Shown one piece after another: positions 30,396 through 44,928 of a DNA stretch of 64,000 bases. A program made the position numbers and the translations under genes. Source of the stretch: Eledone cirrhosa (lineage: Eukaryota); contig OZ024748.1 of assembly GCA_964016885.1 (NCBI GenBank), positions 31,868,001-31,932,000 on the forward strand. Direction: 5' to 3'. Numbering within the stretch: the stretch's first letter is position 1; the number at the start of each line of letters is the position of its first letter. The notes beneath the pieces are model-generated. The model was not told the DNA's origin, made no database searches, and saw only the letters and a program-made list of their open reading frames with translations.

Positions 30396-30570
30396 ATCAT
30401 CATTTTCATTTAATGTCAATTTTTCCGCGCTTGCATGGGTTGAATGGGTCCATGCCGAGAGGTAAGTCTGGCCAGGGTTGGACTTGTGTCGTACCTTACT
30501 CCGGTGCGGACTGTACATTTGGAGGGTATTTTACAGCTGAATGCCCTTCCTAACACCAACCACGTTTACA
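30396..30570 (-). mobile_element. SINE-like fragment with RTE-type 3' tail
   Basis: End resembles the RTE 3' end at 45965-46016 (gcatgggttg.atgg); contains a ggttggtgttaggaagggcattcagctgtaaaa block. Confidence 0.6.
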
Positions 30571-30944
30571 GTGTGCAACTGGATGGCTCGTTATGAGGAG
30601 CAACAGACCAGTTTGCCGCGCCGAACCTGTCTCACCACGGAACCATGTTTTCAGAGCCTAACCTATCTCACAGTGTAGCCGCAGTTTTGGGGCCTGGTAC
30701 GGTGTGGCACCATGATGGGGGGAGGCCAAACCCAACACAACGTTACCATAGTTTTGGGGCCCAGTACTGGATGACACCACTATGAGGAGAGACAGATGTG
30801 GTACCACAGTTTGGGAGTCTGTTGTTGGATGGCACCACCATACAAAGGGACAAGTGATACCACTATGAAGAGGAACAGGCCAGTTGGCCACACCAAACCC
30901 TTCACACACCAGACCCTCAGTTCAGCTATTGGATATAAATATAT

Positions 30945-31070
30945 AATTGTTTCTACTTTTGTCACAAGGCCAGCAATTATTCCAGTGCATTACTGGTACT
31001 TTATTTTATCGACCCCATAACGATGAAAGGCAAAGTTAATCTCAGCGGGATTTCAACTCAGGTCATAAAG
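30945..31070 (-). mobile_element. SINE fragment, family of 45287-45752 (others at ~36945-37045 + and ~43190-43275 -)
   Basis: Shared actttgcctttcatc..ggggtcgataaaataaagtaccag block. Confidence 0.8.
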
Positions 31071-31214
31071 GGAGGTAACTCTCTATAGTGCAAGGAGCAA
31101 AGAAAATATCAGTGATATGAAAATATTTTCTGGTGGAAGTTCAGGTAAACTCCCGGCTGGTATCCAGTTTCAGAGTGAAGATCCAACGAATTTGAGAAGT
31201 CCGCGTAAGAGTTG

Positions 31215-31247
<33 letters not shown>

Positions 31248-31249
<2 letters not shown>

Positions 31250-31403
31250 AAAGGTAAAGAGAAATAACAACACAATCGGTACAGTACATGGAAGGAATAT
31301 ATTAGGTTAACGCTTGAAATAGCACCTGCTATTTCAAGTTTTAACCTAATATATTCCTTCCATATACTGTACCGATTGTGTTGTTATTTCTGTTTACCTT
31401 TTA
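31248..31403. repeat. 156-bp near-perfect palindrome with 2-nt loop
   Basis: Centre cttgaaatagca-cc-tgctatttcaag. Confidence 0.9.
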
Positions 31404-31606
31404 TGAATATATGTGTGTGAGTATACGTCCATATGTGTATATATATGTGTGTGTGTGAGAAGCAAGGTTTCTTATCTGAAAACATGCGTTGAAGCAGATA
31501 TTGTTATACTGGGGGGGGGGGGTCATGCTGCCAATAAAAACTCATGTAATTGTTAGTTTACTCTTCAATTTATTATAAACATCCAGTTGGTTAGTTTATT
31601 TGTTTA

Positions 31607-31653
31607 TTGTCAAAGCTCTTTTGTCACACGTTATATATCCTCCTCAGTGACAA
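31607..31653 (-). ncRNA. Degenerate hammerhead (family L), G12A
   Basis: Minus strand TTGTCA-CTGAGGA-...-AAAA-GAGC-TT-TGACAA; flanks homologous to 42570-42790. Confidence 0.62.
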
Positions 31654-32218
31654 GGCTGTTATAGTTTTTGTGAACTCACAAAAACAAAAGATTATTTCTT
31701 TTGTTGTTTAGTAAAAGTTATATCTGAAGGAGGTAAGTTGACAAAGATTTACTTAATATCTTTATTAATGTGTGTAAATAATAGAATTATGTGAACCCTT
31801 CAACGATACAAGTGAAAATATAACAACATTGGAAAAATATATTTCTTCAGTATAGTCAATGTTAATCCTAACTTTGCTGACTGTTTCTCTATACATGGCT
31901 TTATGATCATGTATCCAAAACATGTACCAGACAGTGTTTAAGGTAGCTCTTTACAGTATTAGAAACTTATTATGTCACCAACGAAACCCTACTCCAACAG
32001 ATGTCCCTTCAATATCAAAACAGGTCCCTGAAATACATTTACTCAATCTCTATTTTACAGCTTGTTCCAGACAGTCGTATTGAAAGGAAATCCTTGTGGA
32101 ATCATAGGGGTACCTTAGTGACATATAATATTTATTGGGTATTTTAGACCTGGTGGAGACCACACCCTTCTTCCAGATCTGAATACACTTGATTTCTTCC
32201 AGAGAAAGGGATATATGC

Positions 32219-32333
<115 letters not shown>

Positions 32334-32843
32334 ATGGACCTGTAAATCTTGGGGTAGTCGTAGGGGTACTCTAGTGGATTTCAGTCTTTCTTGCACATAT
32401 TTTAAAACCTGATGGAGCCCATCTCCTCTCTCCAGGTCTGATCACAATTGAGATCTGAATAAAACTTCAAGTGAAATCAGATATGGTATGGATTCATATA
32501 GATTCATTAAACTCCTGGATAAACACAGCTGATTCCTCCCGGAGAAGGAGAAAAAAGTGAGAAAACGATATTGAGAAAGAATTGACTCCTACTAATAAAA
32601 AGGTGGAGGTTAAACTGGCGTTGGCATGTCATCAGGAGAGGAGATGATAGCTTTGTTAGAAAGACCTATAAGAATGAATTTGTCTTTGGTTGTTTAATAA
32701 AAACTAACACAACACATTGAATGTATGTGAAAAAGTAAGTTGACAAAGATTTACTTAATGTCTATATTAATGTAAATAATATAATTATGTCAACCTTTCA
32801 ACGATACAGTAATTATATACAAGTGAAAATATATATAACATTA

Positions 32844-33305
32844 CCACTAATAGTAAATACTATACTGTACATTAGATAATGTAGTCCTTAATACACTATG
32901 GCTGATAACCACTAATACTTACTACTATACTGTACATTAAATAATGTAGTCCTAGATACACTATGTCTGATAACCACTAATACTAACTACTGTACTGTAC
33001 ATTAGATAATGTCGTCCTAGATATACTATGTCGGATAGCCACTAATAATAACTACTGTACTGTACACTAGATAATGTAGTCCTAGATAGACCATGTCTGA
33101 TAGCCATTAATACTAACTACTATACTGTATACTAGATAATGTAGTCCTAGATACACTATGTCTGATAGCCACTAATACTAACTACTATACTGTACATTAG
33201 ATAATGTAGTCCTAGATACACCATGTCTGATTGTCACTAATACTAACTAGTATACTGTACATTAGATAATGTAGTCCTAGATACACTATATCTGATAGTC
33301 ACTAG
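32844..33305. repeat. 65-bp minisatellite, ~7 copies
   Basis: Unit ccactaatactaactactatactgtacattagataatgtagtcctagatacactatgtctgatag. Confidence 0.93.
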
Positions 33306-34500
33306 TATATACGCAGTTGTCAGGGAGATTCAGCGAGACAAAACCAGACCACCCGGTCTGGGATTCGAACTCACGAACCATACGTTCTTGAATTACGCGC
33401 TATCGCCGCGTAAACCCGGTTTCTTCCACACAAAATACACCAGAATAATTTAATCCGGATTATTTCACGAACAAGATTTACAATAAGTCACTGACAGTGA
33501 TCTCCTTTGGCTGACTTTAAAATCTTTTCTTTTTCCATTAGACATTAATTTGTTTCATGTCCGACTGAAAGACTCTGGAGTTTTTACCTGTCTTGGGTTT
33601 AATTAATGAGGAATTTTGAGGTATTTTAGCAGGGTAGAGGATTGAAAGGTCGTTAGTTGCCAGTGTGGTAAGTGATAGTATCCTCATTGGATTATCTTGT
33701 CGACATAGACGTGAGGGAAGGTCCCTCGATCTATTTACCATCTTAGTATTTACAACATTCCTTTCGTTAGGTCGCCAATTCCAGCAGCATGGATTATAGA
33801 TGTTATTGAGACACGAGTAACATAATAATGATTTCAACAGCAGAAATTAGAGATGAAATGTATGTTTATTTTTGATGTAGCACAAACAATGTTTGTTAAC
33901 TTATATGGTTGTTGTTACAGATAAAAAGAGGTTACAAAAGGGAATGTGCCATTGCGCCGAAAAGCCGGCGAGGCTAGGGTGCAATATCTCACCGTTACAT
34001 TATGCGTGTTGCTGGTTCGAAGTTTCTGGTACAAGAGAGAGATTCTTCAAATCTTCGCGGGGAATTTCTTCCTCAGGGCGCGTAGGGATACATCCTCTTC
34101 TACTGGCGCTGATTGGCTGAACTGAGCCAAATCACGCACAGAGAATGTATGTGAGCCCGCGGAATGTAGGTCACTATAGTATTTATAACAATTATAAATT
34201 ATTTCATTACTGAGATATCATTTGAAGGATTTACTAAAGTTTTTGATTATTAATTATTTTATTAGTAACTTAACATGTGGTTCTTGTATAAAATTATGTT
34301 GGAAGATTTTAGGAAGAAGCTATGTAGCCGGTCCCGGTAAAATAGACTCCGAGGCTATGTAGCCGGTAAGAGTGTCAGACTCCCTGTGTTGCGGCCATTT
34401 ATAGTCTGAGTTGAGACAATTTAAAATCTGTTCCACCATCAATTGTTATAAAACAAGTTAAAATCATTTAGTTGTCCATTCGTTACGTACGTTACACTTT

Positions 34501-35195
34501 AGTTACATACACACACATCTACTGTGTTACATACACACACATCTACTCTGTTACATACACACACATCTACTGTGTTAAATACACACACATCTACTGTGTT
34601 ACATACACACACATCTACTGAGTTACATATACACACATCTACTGTGTTAAATACACATACATCTACTGTGTTACATATACATCTACTGTGTTACATACAC
34701 ACATCTACTGTGTTACATACACACACATCTACTGTGTTACATACACATCTACTGAGTTACACACACATCTACTGGGTTACATACACACACCCCTACTGTA
34801 TTACATACAAACACCTACTGTGTTACACACACACATCTACTGTGTTACACAAACACATCTACTGAATTACATATACACACATCTACTGTGTTACATATAC
34901 ACATCTACTGTGTTACATACACACATATACTGAGTTATATACACACACACATCTACTGTGTTACATACACACACATCTACTGGGTTACATACACACACCT
35001 ACTGTGTTACATACACACACCTACTGTGTTACATACACACACATCTACTGCGTTACATACACATACATCTACTGAATTATATACACACACATCTACTGTG
35101 TTACATACACACATCTACTGAATTATATACACAAACATCTACTGTGTTACATACACGCAGATCTACTGAGTTACACACACACACATCTACTCATA
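34501..35195. repeat. ~20-28-bp minisatellite (catctactgtgttacatacacaca)
   Basis: Direct reading; unit length varies with the (CA)n count. Confidence 0.95.
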
Positions 35196-35590
35196 CATAT
35201 TCATAAATAGATACACATTATACGAAATAATTATTACATACACACACATCTCTGTAATGATTGAGGAAGGTAGCGGCTGGTGAAACGCTATAGCGATGTG
35301 AGTGTTGCGTACCTTTAAGGTTTACCGGCTTCGTAGCCTATTCGAAGATTTTATTATAATTATGAACCTTGTATTTCAATTAATTGTTGTTATATAGAAT
35401 TTCGTTGGAAGACTTTAATTTAGATAGGAACCATTTCCATAGAACGATAACCAATTTTGGCTGGGTTTCTACCAAAAGGGTTAATGAAAAATGTTGAACA
35501 ATTTACTAAAATTATTAATTATTTCATTACTAAGAAAATATGTGAATACACAATTATATGTGTGTATATATATATGTATATATATAAACA

Positions 35591-35636
<46 letters not shown>

Positions 35637-36006
35637 TACAAAAGATGTAGTGGGATAATGAGTAGTCTTAAGACAAGTCTGTCCAGATAGCTGCGCTGTA
35701 ACTTATACTTATTGGGACTGTGTGTTGGCTAGCAGGCCTGTATTTTGGGATCTAACTGGTCCATTATGAGGGAGGTCTGATTAGTTGGCAGCACCATGCC
35801 TTACTTGTGGTATGTGTATGTATAGAAATACGTTATTGTATATGTATAACTGTTCATCTATATGTATATACATGTACGTTTAGGTATGTGTTTACATACA
35901 TATATACATTTTCAGATGTATACAGGTAAGAGTATATATATCTTTATATATATATATATATATATGTATATTTATAATTATATAAACATACATATGAGTG
36001 TATATA

Positions 36007-36080
<74 letters not shown>

Positions 36081-36134
36081 TATATTCATATATCAATCAT
36101 CTTTTAATGTATATATGTATATATAAGATACATA

Positions 36135-36212
36135 CAGGGTCTCCCCCAAAAATGTATACACACTTCAGCTACAGTCTATGTAAATATGTATACATATTTT
36201 AGGGACACCCTG
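36135..36212. mobile_element. ~78-bp Tc1/mariner-type mini-MITE; related copy at 37389-37463
   Basis: TA-CAGGGTCTCCC...GGGACACCCTG-TA. Confidence 0.65.
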
Positions 36213-37605
36213 TATATATACATATCATGTAACGTGACTCCTACTATTATTGGTTGTACAGATCGTCACAGATGAAAATATTTATTTCGACCAAGATTGA
36301 ATATTTAATGGAATTAAGTGGAATTAGGAAATAAGACAATAAAACAGTGAAATGAAGACATAAGAGGTAGATAGAGTAAAAGAACAGAGGGGTAGAGAGA
36401 ATTAACACAGTTTTGTCTTTCTATCTCTCTCACTCCTTCCATATATTATTGTCTCTTACTACTCTTCATAAAAGCAGATCAACACGCCACCTTTCGAGTA
36501 AACTAAGAAACTCTGAAAGACTATGGGGGATAACTCTTTTTAAAAATTAAGGAACCAGCCCGGTTGGAACCATGTAACACTTTAGTCCTGGTGTTAGTAA
36601 GCCAGACTGCAAACCATTCGGTCACACTAGTAAATGATTGTAACGCCCTCTGTAGCGTAAACAGTGAAACTATATAAAAGCAGTAGGAGATAACTCTGTA
36701 GACACTATAGTAAAGGGAGTCATGTTGGAACCATGTAATATTTTAGTCCTGGCGTTAGTAAGCCAGACTGCTCACACTAGTAAATGATTGTAGCACCCTC
36801 TTTACAGTAAACAGTGATACTATATAAAAGCAGCAGGAGATAACTCTGTAGAAGAACTACGTGAGTTTCGAACCCTTGTAAGATGAGAGAGCTGAGGTTA
36901 GTAAGCCGAGCCGCTACTAATTCAGCCATATTAAAGTATATAAAGAGAGGTTAACTTTGCCTTTCATCCTTACGGGGTCGATAAAATAAAGTACCAGTAA
37001 TGTACTGGGTAATTGCTGGCCTTGTGCCTAAAAACACAAACAATTAAAGTTTATAAAGAAAGGACATTTTGTTTTTCTCCCTTTTAACCTCAACATTTGA
37101 CTGTTTTATTGTCTTATTTCCTAATAAACTCCACTTAATTCCATTAAATATTCAATCTTGGTGGTAATAAACTACTGAATCTATATTTTTGTCACAATTA
37201 CAACTTTTATTTCGACATATTTCATTAATATATAGTTATATTATTAAGTTAATGTGACCAACACGTTAATTTTATTTAGTATCCACATTTTCTTCCATGT
37301 TTAACAGATTCTACACAAAATTGTTAATAAAATACATGTATATTTATTTATACACATGTAGGTGACACGTTTAATGATATGTATATTACAGTCTCCCCCC
37401 AAAATGTATACACACTTACATAGACTGTAGTTGAAGTGTGTATACATTTTGGGGGAGATACTGTATATATTTTATATACACATATATATGTTAAAAGATG
37501 GTTGATATATAAATATAAACATATATATATATTTGAAGACTAAAATCCAAAGAGAGCTCGATAAGGATAAATATATATCAAATATATAAGAACCGTAGAG
37601 CAAAT

Positions 37606-37738
37606 ATTTATTAAAATAACAGATTAAAGTTTAAGCAAAGAATCGCTACTTTCACCCTTAACGGGATCTTCAGAAGATCCCGTTAAGGGTGAAATCAGCG
37701 ATTCTTTGCTTAAACTTTATTCTGTTATTTTAATAAAT
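37606..37738. repeat. Palindrome of two family K HHR halves fused at the catalytic core (centre 37672)
   Basis: gggatcttc-a-gaagatccc; mirror coordinates sum to 75344. Confidence 0.88.
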
Positions 37739-37759
37739 AAATATATATATATATATATA

Positions 37760-40700
37760 TACGATATTAAACAAATGGAAACTATATTTATAACACCATA
37801 TTTATTTCGTCATATATATTTCTGGGATATCATATTAAAAATATGGTATGCCTTCCTCAGACAAAATACAATACATAAGCTGTTTTATAAATAATTTTGA
37901 CATACCTTAATAATGCAACTTCCATTTAAAAAGTTGATTTGGTAGTGAAACTGTTATGACAGTTATATAGAAAGAAAAACGAAGATGAAAAGAAGAAGAT
38001 GAAGAGATGTATGTAAATAAAAAAAGAAGATGAAGAGATGTATGTAAAGAAAAACAACAGAGCGAGATAGAGAGAGAAGGAGATATGGGAGAGAGAAATA
38101 CATTGAGGAAGTGAAAAAATATAGTAGGCAGCTTTTGGACAGATGATCATCGTATATGTGAGAGGTTAAGGAGGGAAGGGATACAGTTAAACTAGCCGAC
38201 ACATAAATCACGTCCAGTGTAGAGGAGAAAAAGAAAGAAAGATGATATATTTAAAATATATTAAAAATATATTATGTCTCATCCATTTGAATTATCAATT
38301 TTTATGAATTAGGTATTATAATGTAAATATCAGTATTCATGAATGAGATACATATCCATAATGTGTGAAAAAATGACCCCATGCTTAGTTTAAAAATTCT
38401 TAGGTCTATAAGCAAAATCTGAGATAAAACTTCAAACATAAGTATATATGCATTCTCATGAAAAAAGAAAAAAGAGAAAAGAGAAGGTTATCGCAAATTC
38501 AAGTTGATAAATATAGACACACATGTGAACCTACGTGATATGCTCCACAGATTCTCATATTTCATGAAAATCTTCATTGCGTTACAAAAGATTCCACCCT
38601 ACATATATTTACATACATATATACATATATATAGACATAAAATATATAAGATATACATTAACATTTAAAGTAACATTCCTGCCTCACTTGCATGATTATC
38701 GATCAAGCATAGAATAGACAACAGATATCAATATTAAAAATTAAAAACGCCAAGAATATCTTCGTCACTCCACAGGGTATCTAGGGACGCAAGAGAACAT
38801 AGTATGCCACGCATATCGGTCATATAAAATCAGAATCAAAAGCAAACAAAACCAAAATTGTTCACCAAGCCTTATTTAGCAGAAATCATTCAAAACTTAT
38901 TCTACAAATGCTCTTATATTTATTATAGAAGTTTATCCAGCTTAAAAATTTATTCAAAAGATTGGGAACACCGCCAATTTTAGGGTAGTTTATTTAATCT
39001 CATTAATTATATATTCATGCAGAAAGGTTTTTAAAAAAAAATAAATAAATAAAAAAAATTGAAGGAATCGAAAGATTTATCGCCAAGTTTCATAAATAGT
39101 TAAATATCTTAAGTAAATATACTACATTTTATACTACATTTTAAATTTATATTTATATTTAAAAGTTGAGTTCAATCTATGTCTGCAGCAGCTGAATAAA
39201 TTGGTTCGTAAATTAAGGGAATTTTTAGATTTTAGTATAAAGAATATCTCCTCCGCGCAGAGGTCACATGTCTCAGAAGAGGAATTAAAAGGAATCCCTT
39301 TTGAGACTATATTCCAAACCATCGAATATCCAACTTTATCATGTTTAAGTTGCCAGAGTAAGCCTGACAGCGATGTTGAAGATTTTTTATTTGGATCCGT
39401 GAAAGAATTTTTGTGATTATTATAGCGAAGTTTAAATTCTGTCGAGGTGGAACCAACATAATTAAAAGAGTTTAAATCAGTTTTAACATTACAGTTGTAT
39501 ACTATATTTTTAACTAAGCAATTGTTATTTAGCGGACATTTAGATCTATCTCTACAGTTACAGTTTTTTACTTGAATATTGTTTAGGCTATTTTCGGTAT
39601 TTTGGCTAGGTTTTAGATTCCTATTATTTATTCTATTAATATTTTGTGCTAAATTTTTGGTGGACGAGTAGGTTAATTTTATAGTATGTCTATTGAAAAT
39701 TGAGTGATACTTATGTGTTCTAGGGAAGCGTTTGTCAAGAGCATTAAAAAATAGTTTAGCGATGTGGGTTTTAATGTTTAGTGAGAAAGGGGGGGGGGGC
39801 AAACCATATTATATTTCTAGTTCTATTTCTTTTCTGGTTTTTGGAATTATTGTAGTGCTTTCTAGTATAGTTGTTAAAGTTGTTACTGTAATTAAAACTG
39901 TTATTTTGGTTAGTTTGTCTATTATCGATGTACATAATTTTATCACTATATCCTGCTCTAGCTAACGCTTCATTATAATACTGGGCTTTTTCGTCAAAAA
40001 TATTTTTATTGGAAGAGATTCTAGAGATACGTTTTTGAACAGAGTTCACTATAGTATTTTTGACAGATCTGGGGTGATTGGAGCTAAAATTGACATAATT
40101 CAAGTTTTCATTTAACTTGTGAAATGGATAGTGAAGACATGTGTTGAGATTTAATGTTACGTCTAGGAAATTGACTATTCTATGGTTATTCTCAATTTCT
40201 ATTTTTAGATTAAGGTAATTAAAAAATTGTATAATTTGTTTTCTTTTCTTATTTAGTTCAGAGTTATTATTTTCAATAAGTAAAAGCATGTCATCTCTAT
40301 ATAAACCTCCGGTAACACCGGGTATTTTCCTATGCAGCGAATTAATTATAAATAGGCCCACAAGGTCCGTTACCTGAGCTGAGTCTGATGATCCCATAGT
40401 AATGTCGAAATTATTATCTCTATCTGCCTTAGTCCATAGTTGGTTATTAAATTCTATCAAAGTTTTCCTTGCCGATAATATAATGTGCATTTCATTGCTA
40501 GTTAGGTCTGTATGCTTGAATGCGTAATTTAGTGCCTTATTTAGTAGATTAGGGGTAATGGATGAATAGTAGTTAGCAATATCTAGTTGAATAAATTTAT
40601 TATTATTGTTATATTTAATTTCATTAAACCACTCAATGACCTCCCCAGTTCCCTTCCACAAGGTCAAGCTAGGTAAACAATTCAAGTCCTTAATTTGCTG

Positions 40701-41150
40701 TATCACTCTGTCTAGAATGTTCTTGCTAAGTTTACCCAGGTCAGATTTTGATGGTGCAATCAACCTGACTGGCAAGTCATTTTCAAAATTTCTCTTGTGA
40801 TCTTTCATATTGATCTTGGGTTTCCTGGGCACGAAAGGTTGTGTTTTGTTCTCAATTTCCAACTCATGCATTATACAAGATGCCTCAACATTCATTTTCT
40901 CAAGTTCAGCCTTATCTGCTACCTTGTACTTTTTCCTTAGTTCTTTCAGTATGAGGCCATTATACATGTCTTTTTCCACTCCATAGGGGTTGTTGGTTTT
41001 GTCCGATTTCACCAAGATCTTCTCTGTTCTCTCTAAGCTCGCAATGTTATCCTTAATGCTTTTCAGATACTCCTGGCCATTGAAGTTTCTCTTGAATCTG
41101 ACTCCTTGTATGATAGAAATTATATCGTTTTCAAAATCATTCAAAAGTTT
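37760..41150 (-). mobile_element. Penelope-like element: RT (39771-41150), frameshift at a G-run, GIY-YIG (39134-39802), 3' region and terminal HHR
   Basis: SDKT, KDHK, PVRLI, QLDIANYYSSI, MGSSDS, YRDD, FLDVTL, CNCRDRSKCPLNNNC, IVY..YVG, CDLC..CRH; 37760-37906 is directly repeated at 41835-41980. Confidence 0.92.
37803..37868 (-). ncRNA. Hammerhead (family M) with G at cleavage position, probably inactive
   Basis: Minus strand TATTTTGT-CTGAGGA-...-GAAA-TATATA-TG-ACGAAATA. Confidence 0.72.
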
Positions 41151-41722
41151 ATATATAAATGAAAGGTATAGAAAATATTGTAGCAAAAAGCCAACAGTAT
41201 TCCATAATATATAAGTGAATATAGCGTCAAAATGGGAAAAATAGTTAACGTAAGATGTGGAAAAAATAATTCAAACTCAACTCAAAAAGAATCACGATAT
41301 AGATTCATCCAACAGAATTTAGGGAAAAATCAATAGAGCCTTAACTCATGATAAAATAAAGTTTAAAATACTCATCCTTCAATTTGGAAAAAAACTTCAA
41401 ATGCTCTGTATAGTCTTGAAGACTATTTCACGAAAACTTTCAGTGGAGATAGTCACGGTTGGAATTCGATCCTCAGCAGAGCTCAGCTCGATAAATAAAA
41501 TTTCTCACTGATTAATATGCCAAAAAGGGAATTAAAAGCAGGCTAGTTCACCATCATGCGTGATTATGAAAAATAAAACGCACATGTGGAAAGACAGGGC
41601 TGGTGACGTCAGAATGAGACGAATGTTTGTTTACAAGAAACAGCAGTCAAAAACATTCCGAAAAAAACTCTACAATAAGGAGTTCAGCAAAAAGCAATAT
41701 TATCGCGGTTTTTTTTATAAAA
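41150..41722 (-). mobile_element. Diverged, roughly single-unit copy of the 630-bp family H repeat, directly upstream of the PLE RT
   Basis: Colinear homology with the 18591-20220 unit on both sides of the HHR. Confidence 0.85.
41403..41482 (-). ncRNA. Type I hammerhead (family H), diverged copy
   Basis: Minus strand GCTCTG-CTGAGGA-tCGAA...TTCGt-GAAA-TAGTCTTcAAGACTA-TA-CAGAGC; stem II covaries. Confidence 0.88.
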
Positions 41723-41778
41723 AAATATTTTATATACACATATATATGTTAAAAGATGGTTGATATATAAATATAAAC

Positions 41779-41836
<58 letters not shown>

Positions 41837-41876
41837 GATATTAAACAAATGGAAACTATATTTATAAAACCATATT

Positions 41877-41942
41877 TATTTCATTATACATATTTCGGGG
41901 ATACCATATTAAAAATATGGCATGCCTTCGTCAGATAAAATA
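41877..41942 (-). ncRNA. Type I hammerhead (family M)
   Basis: Inverted copy of 42060-42125 within a palindrome ~41832-42170 with a ~5-nt loop. Confidence 0.83.
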
Positions 41943-42059
41943 CAATATATGAACAGTTTTATAAATAATTTTGACGTACCATAAGTATGAGCGACCATAC
42001 ATAATGGTCGCTCATATTTATGGTACGTCAAAATTATTTATAAAACTGTTCATATATTG

Positions 42060-42125
42060 TATTTTATCTGACGAAGGCATGCCATATTTTTAATATGGTA
42101 TCCCCGAAATATGTATAATGAAATA
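42060..42125 (+). ncRNA. Type I hammerhead (family M)
   Basis: TATTTTAT-CTGACGA-aGGcATGCCATATT(ttt)AATATGGTATcCCc-GAAA-TATGTA-TA-ATGAAATA. Confidence 0.83.
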
Positions 42126-42253
42126 AATATGGTTTTATAAATATAGTTTCCATTTGTTTAATATCGTATATCTACTCCAAAAACTTGTCGAGTGCTTTAT
42201 ATCAGTTATAAAATATTTACTTGTTGTAACCCAACAATTTTAAATAAAACTTT

Positions 42254-42301
<48 letters not shown>

Positions 42302-42335
42302 CACACACATATTTATAGATATGTATATTTTACAA

Positions 42336-42377
<42 letters not shown>

Positions 42378-42568
42378 ATACTTTGGGAGGCTCATGTTGC
42401 CAATAAGAAACACACGCACCAGTTGCTTTCACTTCAATTTATTATAATAAATTTATAAATTTAGGAATTTATAAATTTCCGGTTGGTTGGTTGTGAACAC
42501 ACACACAAAAACACGATGGCGTAGGACAGAACAAAGGAAAGGCACAAAAACAAAGAAAAGAATCCCCA

Positions 42569-42611
42569 GTCACTGAAGAGGTCACAGAATGTGTGACGAA
42601 AGAACTTTGAC
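42569..42611 (+). ncRNA. Minimal type I hammerhead (family L)
   Basis: GTCA-CTGAAGA-g-GTCACA(gaatg)TGTGAC-GAAA-GAAC-TT-TGAC; lies between ~125-bp inverted arms. Confidence 0.78.
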
Positions 42612-43293
42612 AATATATAAACAATCATCTGGTTGTGGAACAAACCAACCAACAGGAAATTTATAAATTTATTATAATAAATTGAATAAGCAACTGGTAA
42701 GCAACTGGTGCGTGTGTTTCTTATTGGCAACATGACCCTCCCAAAGTATAACAATATCTGTTTCAACACACGTTTTCAGATAAAGAATCTTGCTAAACAA
42801 ATTCAGAAACGAAATATATATATATATATATATATATACTCTTATGTGTATAAGTCTGAAAATGTATATATGTATGTAAATATATTTTTATACATACATG
42901 TATACATATAGATGGACAGTTGTGCACATAAAATATTTTATTATTTAGATATATATACAATGAATTATTAACTTATTAAAAACTACAATGTAGGATTAAA
43001 TTATGTTTGATTTTAATGTCTATGAAAGAAAATTATTTTAATTGATCTAAATTAATGTTAAAATAATTTTTAAAAAATCTAAATAAACAGTTTATTTGTT
43101 AACATAACCGTCGTGATAATATTGGTTTCTTATATAGGTATAAGACCAACAATTTGGGGAGAGGGGAAAGTAGATTAAATCAACCCTAGTGCATTACTGG
43201 TACTTTATTTTATCGACCCTGTAAGGATGAAAGGCAAAGTTAACCTCAGAGGGATTTGAACTCAGATCATACAGTCGCCATAATGTTACAAAT

Positions 43294-43349
<56 letters not shown>

Positions 43350-44886
43350 GCTGCTAACTGTAAGGTTCTTGTCTTTAGGTGGGGTGTTGTGTTGGTCGTT
43401 GGGTAGGAGCTGTTGGCCGATGGGTTGAGCATGTAGTGTCACTGAACCACGATCAAGGCTGCGATAGTGATACTTCTGTGGTTTCATATTTCAACACAGG
43501 CAAGATGATCTATAATATGAACAGCTAAATTGTGGAGAAATTCATTCAATTACTACAGGTATGACTCTTAGTCTGAATTATATCTACTTATGTAGGTTTA
43601 ACTTTACCAAGATTACCGAATCACTGCTCGAACTTGGGGCTTCTGAAACTAACTTATTGTGTTAGCAGATGTTGGATGAGAATCTTCACCAATAAAAATG
43701 TGGAGAAGCAAGGTGATATATCTTACTTTTTGTTTGTGTTTGAATTAATATTTACATGTTTTCTTTTCTTTTGCTTGTTAATACAACCCACGTGTTGTAA
43801 GAGTGGTTGAGTTACTGCAGTGTTAATGCTTCAGTGTGTGGAAGCCAGGTTATCAGCAGAAATCTTGTTGAGAGATGTACTGGTACCAACCACATAATTA
43901 TGTAGATAATGTTCAGATGAATAATAAATTGTGGAATTTCCTATCTTTCGTCCTGGTAAGGCTAAGTAGGCTTTTTGCTGTGTTACCTTAGGTTTGTAAG
44001 GACTATTTAAGTTAATATTTCAGTGATTGATTTCTTGTTTTGGTGGGTAGTCACGTGGTTGTATGTGTTGATTATGTTGATAAGTGGAGCCCTAAAAAAC
44101 CCGTCCGGCAGGGACCGCTGCCTAGACAGGATTTTGAGATGTATCAAAAAGAGTGGAGGAGAAATAAATATAATACATTCACGAAACACGTGTTACACGT
44201 GATTACGAATAAAGTGTCAAACTGAAACTTGGGTCACTCAATACTGATATATATTTCATTAGTTCCTGATTGTCTTTAAACTGGGCTTAAAGTAACCGAC
44301 CAAACAGTCCTTTCCTAATTCAAGAAGGCATGTGACCTGAAAGAAATTTGGCTGCTATTTCCAACAGGTCAAGTAACCACATAGAGGTTTTCACTCCTTC
44401 TCTCGAAACAAACATATTTATTATTGTTAGTGGTTTTAGCCAAAAAGTTGTTGTTGAAATCAGTAATTTTTTACAGGAAACTTAGGATTAACTAATGAAC
44501 ATGATACAATTGAGTGAGGGAAGATTTTAGCTGACCAACATAGAAAACACTTTCTAAATGAGACAGAACACTTTGTAGAATAATTATTTCAATGATTCTT
44601 TTCTACCTTTTCCTTTCAACCTTCTCTTTCATTTCACTTGTTTTTCCTTCTTTTCTTTATCCTTCTTATTAGATTATATGTTGTCTTATATTTTCACTTG
44701 GACTCTATACTTCTCTGTGTTATATCTATAAGGTTCCATATGAAACACCATAACTAGAATACAATTGAACAACAAACAAACAATTTGTTTCGGTTATGAA
44801 GAATTTTTCGTTACAACGAATTATTTTTATACCCCGTGAATTTCGTTATAACGGAATTTCACTGTATATATATTATGTGTGTGTGC

Positions 44887-44928
<42 letters not shown>

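Noticed and set aside
32844-35195. Regular repeats resembling a CRISPR array
   Set aside because: No unique spacers and no cas genes; eukaryotic minisatellites.
35250-35320. GAAA-CGC...GCG-TA hammerhead-like half
   Set aside because: No valid core with matching stem I and stem II.
33340-36930. tRNA-like segments at ~33340-33410 and ~36560-36930
   Set aside because: Cloverleafs incomplete; more likely SINE heads than tRNA genes.
38530-38590. Possible hammerhead on minus (ATGAAGA...GAAA-TATG...CATA-TC)
   Set aside because: C3 missing, no real stem II and poor stem I; at best a remnant.
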